Below, piece by piece: positions 1-10,565 of a stretch of 52,586 nt of DNA; the first letter of the stretch is position 1, and the number at the start of each line of letters is the position of its first letter. Source of the DNA: Callorhinchus milii (Eukaryota); the NCBI RefSeq assembly GCF_018977255.1, contig NW_024705348.1, positions 1 through 52,586 of the forward strand. The letters are read 5' to 3'. The notes beneath the pieces are model-generated. The model was not told where the DNA came from and made no database searches. It saw only the letters and a list, made by a program, of their open reading frames with translations. A program made the position numbers and the translations under genes.

Positions 1-382
1 ACTGGACCTATCCCAGCTGCCTTTCACAAATAATGTCCCACGAGAGAACCGCCACTGCGACACTTCACCAAAAACCTTCCCGTGGTGAGGGGGGGGGGCA
101 CGTGCGGCAGTGAAAGCGCGATGTTTTAACCCTTTCGCGTTGCAACGATGTACGTGTACGTCATCAGTTTTTTTTCTTTCCGATTACGTTCTGATGACGG
201 AACCGAATCCGAGCGGAAATCGGAAGTAAGAGGGCATGCGGGAGGGCGTGGTGGAACAGTTTTGGCGCCAGCCATTGTAGAGTGCAGCAGGCGTGTCCGC
301 TACGGTTCTTGCGGCGAGCGACAATGTCATTTAACAACAACGGTGCTACCGCGCCTCTATAAATAAAATTAACCCTGAACCG

Positions 383-654
383 TCTTCTTGGTTCTTTCGG
401 TAAAGTCACGTAGAAAGAAAATAATAAAATAATAAAAATAAAACATAATAAAATAATTATCACGACGTTTCGGCTACAACGCAAGCAGCCGTCCTCAGGT
501 CATTCTTCACCTAAGGACGGCTGCTTGCATTGTGGCCGAAACGTCGTGAGAATTATTTTATTATGTTTTATTTTTATTATTTTCCTTTTACGTGACTTTA
601 CCGAAAGAACCAAGAAGATGAATCCCTGCAATCACGAAAGCTTTAAATCGAAAT
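383..654. mobile_element. Penelope-like pLTR-type repeat, inverted pair, flanked by a 14-bp TSD
   Basis: Arms 383-500 and 509-618 are reverse complements; ttaaccctgaaccg at 369-382 and 655-668; each arm has a CTGANGA...GAAACGTC-type motif. Confidence 0.75.
460..500 (-). ncRNA. Minimal type I hammerhead ribozyme motif
   Basis: Minus strand CTGAGGA-C-GGCTGC-ttgcgtt-GTAGCC-GAAACGTC-gtga; stem I shortened by the inversion breakpoint. Confidence 0.65.
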
Positions 655-776
655 TTAACCCTGAACCGCTTGCGTGTTCAGAGATTCAGCGGTGAACGGG
701 ACCCACCCACACCCTGCAACTTGCACGACGTCTAGGAACGGGAAGGGGTTAAGCCGTGGCCGGTTCCGCTCTGCAC

Positions 777-1027
777 CTGAGTCACTGCTGCTGCTTTCCT
801 CTTCGCTGGAAGAGTCCGCCGAGCCGGTGCTCTCGCTGCTGCCGGAACTGCCCGAGCCGGAAGACGAATCGACGTCGTCGTCAGAGGACGAGTCAGAATC
901 GTCGTCCGTATCGTCCGTCTCGTCCGAGGATGAAGAGGACGAAGAGGACGAGGTATCGGACTCGACCTCCTGGCGCTGGGCCATGATCAGCTTGGGGGCG
1001 ATCTTCAAATGGTCTCGCAGCTCGTCG
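777..1027 (-). CDS. CWC22: CWC22 coding exon (DELRDHLKIAPKLIMAQRQEVESDT then Ser/Asp/Glu-rich tract); 3' boundary uncertain
   Basis: Acceptor tcttacag at 1028-1030 gives an in-frame join. Likely donor CAG|gtgcag at 776; without splicing the frame stays open to a stop at 655-657. Confidence 0.85.
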
Positions 1028-1367
1028 CTGTAAGAAGAGAAGAAACACATCGAAATAAAACACGACTCGGTGTCTGCGCGGTGAATGAAACACTTCGAAG
1101 GCAACACCGATCGATATTCATCCCCAAGAAGAGCATCGCAGAAAATTCTCGCCGTTCTCAATTTTACTCGCCACGCCGAAGCAAACATTCCGCACATAGC
1201 GATGTGATCTATTAGGCCAATTTTCTGCCTCCCGACGTGCAGCGCAAGCCAGCTGGATGCACTATATTACTAAATGGGGCCGGGCGCGCGAGGCGGCTTG
1301 GCAAGCCTCGCAACCACGCGCGCATCTGGAGGTCAAAGCGGGAGGTGCGAAATTCAAAAGGACCTAC

Positions 1368-1469
1368 GTGAGACCCCCGAGCCCAATGGAGGTGAAGAAA
1401 TTGATGGCGAATCTGGTGTTGCGTGGGTTGTCCCGTGGAAAGAGCCCTTCAAAGAACGGCTGCAGTGTT
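1368..1469 (-). CDS. CWC22: CWC22 internal coding exon ([35 protein letters not shown]); not in the supplied ORF track
   Basis: 102 bp, phase 2-2; acceptor cccacag, donor gtaggt; translated by hand; split codons GA|A and AC|C join the neighbouring exons in frame. Confidence 0.95.
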
Positions 1470-1670
1470 CTGTGGGGAAATGAGAGGTCGCAATCCATTA
1501 ACACAGTTCGGACGAAAGTACAACAAACCAATCCAACACGCGCGCCTAATCAATACGCGCCGATTGTAAAATGCTCCCCCACCCCTTTTGGTTTACCCAA
1601 GTGTTGCACCTAAATGAAAACACGTTTTTACATCTTACAGTTTTACATGATACTTGGGTTTTTTTCTTTA

Positions 1671-1800
1671 AGAGTGTATCATCATCAGAGTTGTTTCTTT
1701 TTGTTTGCATTTTGACTGCTTGTGTTGTGGTTATTGCAAACATGCCTTGTATAAAGGTGTCAGTTTTTGTACCAGTTGAAAGGGTAAAAACCTATTACTA
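1671..1800 (+). repeat. Partial diverged copy of the 5198-5564 element
   Basis: atcagagttgtttctttttgtttgcattttgactgc...gcaaacatgccttgtataaaggtgtcagttttt...aagggtaaaaac aligns by eye with ~5400-5530. Confidence 0.7.
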
Positions 1801-2258
1801 CTAGTGTAAAAATTGCCACTGTTTATCGGTTGAATATTAACAAAAAAAATTACCCGTTATATTTATTATGAATATTGCTGTGCAATACAAGCAAGCTGTA
1901 TATTAGTGTGTCAGATCTATGTTTTGTCTTGTGGAGATTTATATATATCTCTAGTAGCTACAAAGAATCAATTAAGTGTACCATCATGCTCAATTTAAAT
2001 CGACAAGCATCAACAGAAGCAAAGACCGAAATACCCCACGACTTCACAGCACAGATGTACTCACGACTGTAGCTTCGGTTAAATGCACACATTTACCGCG
2101 TTAGATTTTCAATCCCATTACAATTGAACACGTGGCAACACTAATTAATATACTGCACAGTATACAGCAAATTTTACAGTGTAAATCGATTGCACATGTG
2201 AAGCTGGGAAACCCAAGGCAAAGTACTTGTCACAGCCAAAGTGAACTACGCATCCACT

Positions 2259-2529
2259 CCATACTCTTTCGGTTCTTTCGGTAAAGTCGCGTAGGTATAA
2301 AATAAAAGAAATCAAATCACGACGTTTCGGGCGCAACACAAGCGTCCGTCATCAGGTGGGACAACCACAGCAAGAAACAATTGCTGAAGTGGGCAAAAGG
2401 GCTGCTGTGACAAGAGGCTATATAGGTAAGAGAGGAGGGAGGAGCCAGGGAGGACAGATAGAGAGGGGGGTGTGGAGTATGGGGAGTGGGGTGCTGCTAG
2501 AGGGATTAAAAAAAACTTCAAATCTAGAT
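2259..2529. mobile_element. Same Penelope-like repeat family, flanked by a 12-bp TSD
   Basis: tacgcatccact at 2247-2258 and 2530-2541; minus-oriented pLTR segment then the family 3' end aaaacttcaaatctaga. Confidence 0.75.
2317..2359 (-). ncRNA. Minimal type I hammerhead ribozyme motif
   Basis: Minus strand cac-CTGATGA-C-GGACGC-ttgtgtt-GCGCCC-GAAACGTC-gtg; cac/gtg forms stem I. Confidence 0.7.
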
Positions 2530-2611
2530 TACGCATCCACTGTCTATGAACAGGATTTACTGGTCTAGTACTTTCATACTGCAGTTCATATATCTCGCAG
2601 TGATCACTCAC

Positions 2612-2739
2612 TCGTCCTTTAAGCGCGTGTTGAGGCGTGGAAGTCCCATGTATTCGCAAAGCTCTTGAAAAAGGATCTTGACAAAAATACGGCTCGAGGA
2701 TGTGGTGGTGTCTTCACTGAGAACCACAGACTCCAGCAC
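2612..2739 (-). CDS. CWC22: CWC22 internal coding exon ([43 protein letters not shown])
   Basis: 128 bp, phase 0-2; acceptor ttctgcag, donor gtgagt; conserved [15 protein letters not shown] motif. Confidence 0.96.
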
Positions 2740-3355
2740 CTGCAGAAAAACAGACGAAGAGAAATGGGTTGATAAGCCGCCATCAAAACAAAATGTTACT
2801 GGTTTTGTCAACTATCATTATCAACACCATTTGTCTATTCACTGCCGTTGACATTGCCAGCGGTCATTTGGACAGAGCACTTTTACAAGTGTAGGCACGG
2901 AGCCTTTACATTGAGGATCGTTTGGCCTACTCTTTACTCGCCAGATATGTTACGTTAGTTTGGATGATTAGCCGATTAAGTTAATGAATATACAAAAAAT
3001 TGAGATGAACTTTTTTTGTGGTCGATTGCCTAGGTGCTGCCAGACAACATCGTGCCTCCTATCAAAACAGCCATGCCCAGCGCGATACAGATGATACTGA
3101 TAACATCAACAAGACTAGCTCATTACCTCTCATCCAGTGGCACCGTATGGAACAGAAGTGAGATTTTCCCCCCAATGATTTTCCTGTTATCAGATTAGTT
3201 GAGTAATTGATAACTTAGGTAATCGGATTCCCATTCCTAGTGAGAAAATATAATGGTACCAACACTTTTCCCCCCCGCCGCACGCATGTATAATTGTTGA
3301 ACTTCTTCCGCACCAGGGAAGTACAACAAACTAAACACAAAAGCGGTTATATTAT

Positions 3356-3615
3356 ATTATTGGTTCTTTCAGGAAAGTCATGTAGAAGGGAAACAATAAA
3401 ATAATAAAAATATAAAACAATAAAATTCTCACGACGTTTCGACTGCAACACAAGCAATCATCATCAGGTGTGAAAAACACAGCAAGTAAATTTGAAAAAA
3501 GTGGCGGTTTTTTCTTAACGTTTAGCACCACGGACAGCGATTTTGGCAGTTGTTCAGACGGATAAAATAATTGCCAACAAAAGCAGTTGTAAAGAAATTA
3601 GTTTTACAATCTAGA
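3356..3615 (-). mobile_element. Penelope-like pLTR-type repeat copy inside an older repeat
   Basis: ttggttctttc...tcacgacgtttcgactgcaacacaagcaatcatcatcaggtg, ending near aatctaga; boundaries approximate. Confidence 0.65.
3426..3475 (-). ncRNA. Minimal type I hammerhead ribozyme motif
   Basis: Minus strand cac-CTGATGA-T-GATTGC-ttgtgtt-GCAGTC-GAAACGTC-gtg; stem II fully paired (one G-U). Confidence 0.72.
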
Positions 3616-4244
3616 TTTAAAAGTGCATGGCGCAGAAAGGCATCTGAAAGCGCATCATATCCGTTTGCTGCTGGTGACAAAACCGAAGAGAGTCGCCCAA
3701 ATAAACAAAGATCCCCCCAATGATTCAATAACGCTGCTGACAATTACAACCCATCGAAATAATTGCCAACACTGCAAAAATATGAATAGTCTTGTAACAA
3801 AGGCAACAATTGTCTGAGTGTTGTTATTGTAATGCTTACTAAAAAAAAAATTCAAAGATCAAAGCCGACATTTCTCAAGGAGAGCCTTTCTCCATCAAAC
3901 TCCTGCGAGTATCAAAATAGTTATTTCCATTAACCTTCTTTTAAATGAACAAAGAGCAGTCAATCTTAATGACATTCCATTTAACGTCGGGAAAAAAGAG
4001 ATTTAAGAAGTTTTACATTTAATTATCAAAGATAGGGGGGGGAATGAGAAGGTATCGCAAGCGAGCGAGCATGTGAACGAGGAGAAAAGCTTTGGTCAAG
4101 ATCACAACTGACATTTTTTGTCATTTTGCCAGCTAAGGCCCACTGAGCTAAAATAGCTCTTTTTCAGAAGCGACCTGGCCACAAATGATAGCTCCACTAA
4201 GTTGTTTATCATGTAGAAATGTTTAGCAGCCAAATAATCTAAAC

Positions 4245-4402
4245 ACATTTTTCTAAACATGGAGGAAAAAACCGGTGGAAAAATCCACGCGACCACAGGA
4301 AGAACATGCAAACTCCAAATATACAGGTGCCAAGGTCGGGATCAAACCCACAACCTCCTGTATACCAGGCGAGGGATATAACATCTTGTCACTGCAGCGC
4401 CC
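4245..4402 (-). mobile_element. V-SINE-type tRNA-derived SINE (degenerate)
   Basis: Minus strand tRNA-like head with B-box-like ggtttgatccc, then ggagtttgcatgttcttcctgtggtcgcgtggatttt, matching the V-domain core. Confidence 0.75.
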
Positions 4403-5024
4403 GAAGGTCACGGGGTCAGACACATTGCTTCTTTTATTCTGATATTTTTTAAAGCAGTTGCAAAGCCTACATCGGACCTCTGATAACTGCTTTTGTAGTA
4501 TCTCACAATCTGGCTTCAGGTCTTCTTGATTGCAGAACTATGGGAGCCACACTCCAACACAAGTCTCGGCAATGCACAAGTGATTCAAACAGCTCTTTAT
4601 GATACCATCTCAATTCTTTTGTGCCATGTCTTATATTTAACTTTCCAGTTGCTTACCACGATTCTTGCCATGACATTTTAAGCATTCCCCCCCTTCATGC
4701 ACTGTGCTCAAAGGAGAAAAGCATTTCCCTTTTGTCGCTTGTTAAATTCACGCATCTCTCCCCCACACAAGAGGAAACCCATAACTCCAAACGCACACAT
4801 CCATGTCTTATCACTCAAGCCGACATCTCTATTCTTTCAAAAGTTTATATACAACATCAATAACCTGCCCTACTAATATAATATGCCTGTTGATCTCCTT
4901 CCCACCACATGCTGTGTTAATGCACGTTACTACCTCAATACAGTCTTCTATTACCATCATATGTTTCACTTTCTCCTGACACCTGTGAATAGCCCTGATA
5001 TGCAATTTTCATATCAGGGCTCTA

Positions 5025-5720
5025 GGACACATTTGACCACTATTGAGTAGTGACATAGCCAATACGGTGGCATCTAGCAAAGTATCTGCAAGGCTCAATT
5101 AATGCAACTCACTACTATACGGGACTTTTGGCAAAAACGTGACCAAGCTGCAGCGTGTACGATATTCTCTGGCGCTTGTCGCGACGGGTACTGCAAGTTG
5201 CCAGATAGAAGGGTAAAAACTAATTATCATTTTTTTACTGGCAAATGAGGTTCCCATAGTGTAGATGCTTGCCCCGAGCTCTCATACTCTGATGATGCAT
5301 TGTCTTTGAGTTGTGCGCCTTTTGGCGTCATCTGGTCCAACCCATGTGAGACTAGGCTCTAAGGAAAGCTGTCTCGGGTGTGGACCAATCAACTTCAAGG
5401 ACAGTGCATACATTATCAGAGTTATGTTCTTTTGTTTGTATTATGACTGCAGGTATTGCGGTCTATGCAAACATGACTCCTTGTAAAAAGGTGTCAGTTT
5501 TGTTGCCAGAAAGAAGGGTAAAAAACCAATTATCATATTTTTACTGGCAAATGAGGTTCCCATAGGGTACTGCAAGATTCGACCATGTCCATCCAGTGCT
5601 CGCCAAGCTGCATTGGCTTCAAGTTGCCAAATGAATACGTTATAAGGTCGTACTCATGACACAAACAATTCTTGCCACAAATGAACCACAATATCTTCCT
5701 GATCTCATCAAGGACAATAA
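5025..5720 (+). mobile_element. Degenerate CR1/L2-group LINE ORF2 3' fragment, split by an insertion
   Basis: Remnant translations RLN*CNSLLYG...NVTKLQRV (5095-5160) and FDHVHPVLAKLHWLQV..*IRYK (5578-5646) match the SRLDYCN/LHWLP LINE motifs. Confidence 0.75.
5198..5564 (+). mobile_element. 367-bp terminally redundant insertion (unit ~305 bp) with 12-bp TSD; candidate non-LTR retrozyme
   Basis: TSD gggtactgcaag at 5186-5197 and 5565-5576; ~62-bp direct repeat at 5198-5259 and 5503-5565; hammerhead-like hairpin at 5333-5387. Confidence 0.7.
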
Positions 5721-5754
5721 ACCATCTCATGAACTTCGGTCATATTCACAGCGG

Positions 5755-5975
5755 CTTTTGGCCGGCCACTGAACAAAGACGGTCACTGCATCGCACGCTT
5801 TCAGACGCGCTTCTGCGTCCGTCTGGAAAGCTCTTTCTTCCGATGTTAGGAAGCCACTGGAGCTATGCACTTTTAAAATCTCATTTCATTTAGAGCTGTG
5901 TTTAGTTTGTTGTCTTTCCCCTGCACCTCCGATGAGCATGGTTGGCTATGTACGGTGCGAAAGAAGTTTAACATA
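5755..5975. repeat. Unclassified interspersed repeat, inverted relative to a copy at ~3295-3690
   Basis: Reverse complement shares acaacaaactaaacaca, ttaaaagtgcat and gcaga..g.gtctgaaagcg blocks with 3322-3339 and 3617-3652. Confidence 0.5.
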
Positions 5976-6859
5976 CGTACAAAGGTACATGAAATCCACC
6001 TCGAACCACTGACAACTTTGTTTATGTAAAGCTCACCCACTACATTGTTGAGCCTTAGTAGCTAAATGCCAAAATGTGCAACGCCCCAAAGTCAAGGTCC
6101 TAGCTAACAAACCTGTATCGTCTACCTACTCAATCTCTTAGGTGCTAATGATCAATTATGATCCCCGAGTGTTTTCCGACAGTTTCATTAAAAAATAATT
6201 GACAATGCTGTCTGCTTGAAAAATATATTACTTATGCTTTGCTTATATTTAACGAATAGAAAACAGTAAGAGTAAACAGCAGATTGAGGGATTTTATAAA
6301 ATAAAGGACAAACCACACAATTAGTTCACCAATGATAAATTACGTGTAAATTAGTCTCCTGAATAAAATGTTCTCTGTTTTAACAAGCATGTCATGTCTT
6401 TTAAGTAGTTCCTCACCGAATATGTTATTTTGCAAGTGACTGTAATGCTCAGCCGATAGCAGGCTGCAGTAATGCCTCGCGTAAAACACGTCAATCGTTT
6501 CCATAAACGTCGTGTTAATTGTGAATTGGAATGCCCATGTTCCAAGGCAAACTCATTAATCACCAGGACAAAGTATCAATACCTTTACAAGAGTACGTGA
6601 AACACCGCAATTGTTAATGAAAATATGCACCGAAATTGTATCAGCCCCTCTGTCAATCAACTGCTGGATGAAAGCCCCGTGCACATGTCAGGCACATTTC
6701 GCCACGTTGGTGAAAGGAGACTGGGAGGGCGAGGCCAGGGTCGGTTCAGATATCACTTCGCCACTGATGTTAGCCATGGTCAGCAATCAATCTCAGGAGA
6801 CCAGGCTATTGTAATTTGAAAGACGTCACTTTATATTTAAAAAAACAGATGCCACTAAA

Positions 6860-8110
6860 AAGGCCCCTTTGGCTGAGACTGCCAACCTGAGCATGGAAAA
6901 TGATGTCCACCTCTTATCGAACTGCAGATCTCAATCCCTCCTTGTTCTATTAGACCTCACAACTGCTTTTGACAGCACCCACGATAAGCGTTTTGACTAC
7001 CTTTAAAAGTACGTACGAATTTTCAGAAAATTCCTCCTATTCAGTTCGCTTACACTGTACTTCCTATTCAGGTCCTACTATGTTTCCATGCAAGTCATAG
7101 AGTATTTTTTCGCGACAGCATTCCACAAGGTTCCATCCTAAGTCTGTTCCGCATCTCAATTTACCACCTACAAAGAAAAAAATCACCTCCAACTTCAACG
7201 TTCACAAGCAATTTCTATGCTGACGACACTCTTACAACCATAGACCCCATTACAACGTCAACGCTCGCACTTCGTTTTGACGTTGCCGAATCTCCCGATT
7301 ATGGTCGAAACTTACTCTGGCTAAACATTGGCAATACCTAAAGGAGGAGTCCTCATAAGCAAGAGGTCCAAGCTCAATAACGATAAGAGCTGAAGTGTGT
7401 GTTTCTCTTAAACTTTGCCATGAAGCTGGCAAATTGCCTGAACTGTTGGAGGCAAGGACCCCGAGCCATTATTCTCCACCCACTTTTCTCCACTCTGCAC
7501 AACATGTTTATTTTATTTCATTAATTTTATTTTCACCTACGTGACTTTACCAAAAGAACCAAAGAGTATGGATCCTTGCAGTCACGAAAACTTCAAATCT
7601 AGAACTACTCTCTTGCCTGCAAAGCACAATACACCTCCTGCATTAAACACTTTCTCGCACCATATTCTGCCGAAAATCCGTATCGACGCCTTCGTATCTC
7701 GACTGGACTAGTGTAATGCTGTGCTGCTTTACGGCCTCCCAAAAAATCCTTCACCTCCAAACTCCAATTGCCCCAGAATGCCTTTGCAAGACTCCTCACC
7801 TGCATCAGTAAACAAGGCCACATCCCCTTGATCCTAAGATCCCTTCATTCTAAGAATGCCCTCGCAACGTTCATGCTCCACTGATCCGCCCCCAAACCTA
7901 CGTATCCCTTCTCATCTGACTCTCTATTAACCTCCACTTTCCTCTCTGCTCCAGCAATCTTCTGCCAAAAAAAAACCCAGTCAACCTTTGGTGATAGGGA
8001 GGGGGTCACTTCTTCTCTCATGTTGTCACTGCTGTCTGGAATTTCCTTCCTACTGGTTGTACAAACTGTTGAGATCCTTCACCTGTTCAAGTTAATAGTG
8101 AACATCTTCT
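6860..8110 (+). mobile_element. Degenerate L2-clade LINE ORF2 (reverse transcriptase and C-terminal region)
   Basis: Motifs in order: LLVLLDLTTAFD (~6940), IPQGSIL (~7120), FYADDT (~7213), SRLD*CNA..GLP (~7697), QNAFARLLT (~7773), TFGDR (~7984), WNFLP (~8037); many frameshifts and stops. Confidence 0.8.
7505..7604 (+). mobile_element. 3' end of the Penelope-like repeat, nested in the L2 LINE
   Basis: ctacgtgactttaccaaaagaaccaaagagtatggatccttgcagtcacgaaaacttcaaatctagaa matches 52014-52080. Confidence 0.7.
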
Positions 8111-8954
8111 ATTCATTGAAGAGTTTTCATTGCACCTTTACAATAGACGTGACAACGAATGGTGATGATGGATTGATTTAAATTACTTTTTTAAGCTCAC
8201 AACACATGCCATTGAATCGTGCACGAACACATCGATTTATTTTTAAATGTATGTATGTAATTGGTGGATGTAATCCAAGCAGGTGTGAGATATACGACAT
8301 TTACCATAATGTACAAATATATTGTGGAATTGAACGGTCACCACAGATAATGAATTGTTATGTGCAACACCATCTCACCCAAAAAAAACCCTATTATGGA
8401 TGATATTGGTCGCGAAAGCCTACGTGTTAAACTGACCGTTTCCCTTTCCTCCCTTTCCAGTAACCCTTCTACTCCTCATTCTCTCCCGGTCTAAAAAAAA
8501 TAAATGGAATACATAAAGAAAAATAACAGCCATTTAAATTACCTCAATGCATATGTCCTCCCCATTTTGTACGGAATTGAAATGCGGTCACATTTATATT
8601 CATACAAATATTCAAACGGTCACTCGTATTTTTGAAAGCGTCGATGATTGGTTTACTCTAGGTGTGCCGTTTGAAGTTCAAGAAAGTTAATGTGCACGGA
8701 TGCTCACATAGTCGAATATATTTTATGGAGTTCTTTCATCCCTGATACGGTATCAATGTAACAATAACCTGTTTACGTATGCATTACCCTGTATGTAATA
8801 ATGAAGAAAACTTGTTTTACTAGTAATACTGAATCAAGAAATGTATTTTTATCTTATTACAAATACTATGAAATATATGGATCGTTTTCTTTTATAAATT
8901 TCAACAACTGTCCAATAAAGAAAGGTATATTTACTGCCTATGTATTTCATATAT

Positions 8955-9275
8955 ATGTGTCATCTGTAAATGTGTGCTGTGCATGTGTGCTGTGCACATG
9001 TGTTTTTCACGTCATCTGCATATATGCAGTTTGCGTGTAATCTGCATGTGTGCCGTTTATCTGTCATCTGCATGTATGATGTGCATGTGTCATGTGCATG
9101 TGTCATCTGCATGTGTGCTGTGCATCTGTCATATGCATGTATGCTGTTCACGTGTCATGTGCATCTGTGCTGTGCGTGTGTCATCTGCACGTGTGGTGTG
9201 GTGTGCACGTGTGGTGTGCACGTTGACTGCACTGTGTTGCTTGCGGCAGCCATGTTGTGAGTGTGTGTGTGCGCA
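8955..9275. repeat. Low-complexity TG/CA-rich minisatellite (tgtgca, tgtcatctgca units)
   Basis: Visible imperfect tandem units; explains the spurious Cys/Val/His-rich ORFs. Confidence 0.85.
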
Positions 9276-10565
9276 CAATTGAGTAATTTGACTGTCCTCC
9301 GTGTGCTGCAACAAAACATATGATTTATGACCTGCTCATTAAAAGAAATCCCCTCTCAATATTGTTCTGCTTAATTTAACAGGTTAAATATGTAAAAAAA
9401 ACTAAAACTGTTGGATTTAGGTTCAATTGAGTCTCTAAGGAATACCGCAGTCTTTTATCTCAAAAGCAGCCAATGCTCCTAGGTTTATGGTCTCCATTTC
9501 ACTTCTAATGTATGCCACCGTATTAAGAGCACCCTTTCATGTTTTCCAGCCGTAAATAAATATTTCAATTCGGGCCTTTACAGTAACCCTTTCAGTGAGA
9601 TAAAACACAAACCCGTACGTTTACTAACAAGCAATAAACCCCCACAAGTCTATTCGAGTGCCATCGCTAATGGAAGGCTAAAATAAATCATCACATGTAA
9701 CAGCATCTAATTGGAAGGCAGGGCCGTTAAATTAGCGCCGCCAGGAGTGACAAAAGAAGTCAGGGGGATGCACAACGAACAAAACCACGGCCCATCAGTG
9801 CGAAGCGTGGGGATGACCCCTCACCTCCTGCAGTGACTGTGGCACCTGGTGGTTTTTTGCTCTTTAGCCGAACTCCACTTTTCAAGTTTATTTTGTTTAA
9901 CCAGGTGACAACTCAAGATCTAGTCCAAGATAGTCTCATTTTCAAGAATCAAGAATGACCGGGGGGGGGGGGCATTAGTCTGCCAGTCGGCGGCTATATG
10001 ATTGCTATGTATTGTCCAACTTGAGTCATACGACATGGTCGAAAATGTAAAAATTTCAACCCTGACGCCGGCACACAACGACCTACTCCTAGGAACGATG
10101 TCCCAGGGATCTTTAACGTCCACTCTGAAATAGGCCCCGTCACCGACCAATGCACTGCCGCCACACTGCGCGGATCCACACCGATACGCAGGAAAAATCC
10201 GTACACACCTTGTGACTAGCTTTTCTAGGCAACTGCCAGTTTCCCACTTTCTCGAGGGACTCCTGATTTCCTCCCATGCATTTGAGCTTCTCCCAATGTC
10301 TGTCGACCAGTCTTTTTCGTCGCGTTGTTTCCCAACCGCTTGAAATATAAACTCAATCGTGCGACGCTCCATCAGTCGCAGAACAGGGCGGCTTAGCTAT
10401 CTATCCTCGAAAATTTACGTTCCCGTAGGAGGGCTGAATGGATCAATCGCTCCTTAGTGGTCCCATGTGGGAGGGCTGCATAATGTTTTTTTTTTTATTC
10501 TTTGAAGCTTTACTATGTATCTGTGCAAGAGTGTTACCTGCAGGGCACGTAAATAACACAATTAT

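Noticed and set aside
191..210. ctgatgacggaaccgaat as a hammerhead or box C motif
   Set aside because: Lacks GAAA and a cleavage triplet with stem I; no convincing box D or terminal stem.
164..484. Similar ORFs at 164-484, 51731-51931 and 52190-52372 with hydrophobic stretches (EDGCLRCGRNVVRIII)
   Set aside because: Translations of the hammerhead and AT-rich part of the repeat; conservation is better explained by RNA structure.
674..1033. Plus-strand acidic ORF
   Set aside because: Antisense shadow of the Ser/Asp-rich CWC22 exon.
383..3475. Recurrent gttctttcggtaaagtcacg motif as CRISPR repeats
   Set aside because: Copies are dispersed in both orientations within eukaryotic introns, with no regular spacers or cas genes.
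8960..9314. Cys/His-rich ORFs resembling metallothionein or zinc-finger proteins
   Set aside because: Translations of the TG/CA minisatellite, open in several frames on both strands.
9720..10480. GC-richer segment with a 150-aa ORF, possible DNA transposon remnant
   Set aside because: No transposase motif, matching TIRs or TSD could be identified.
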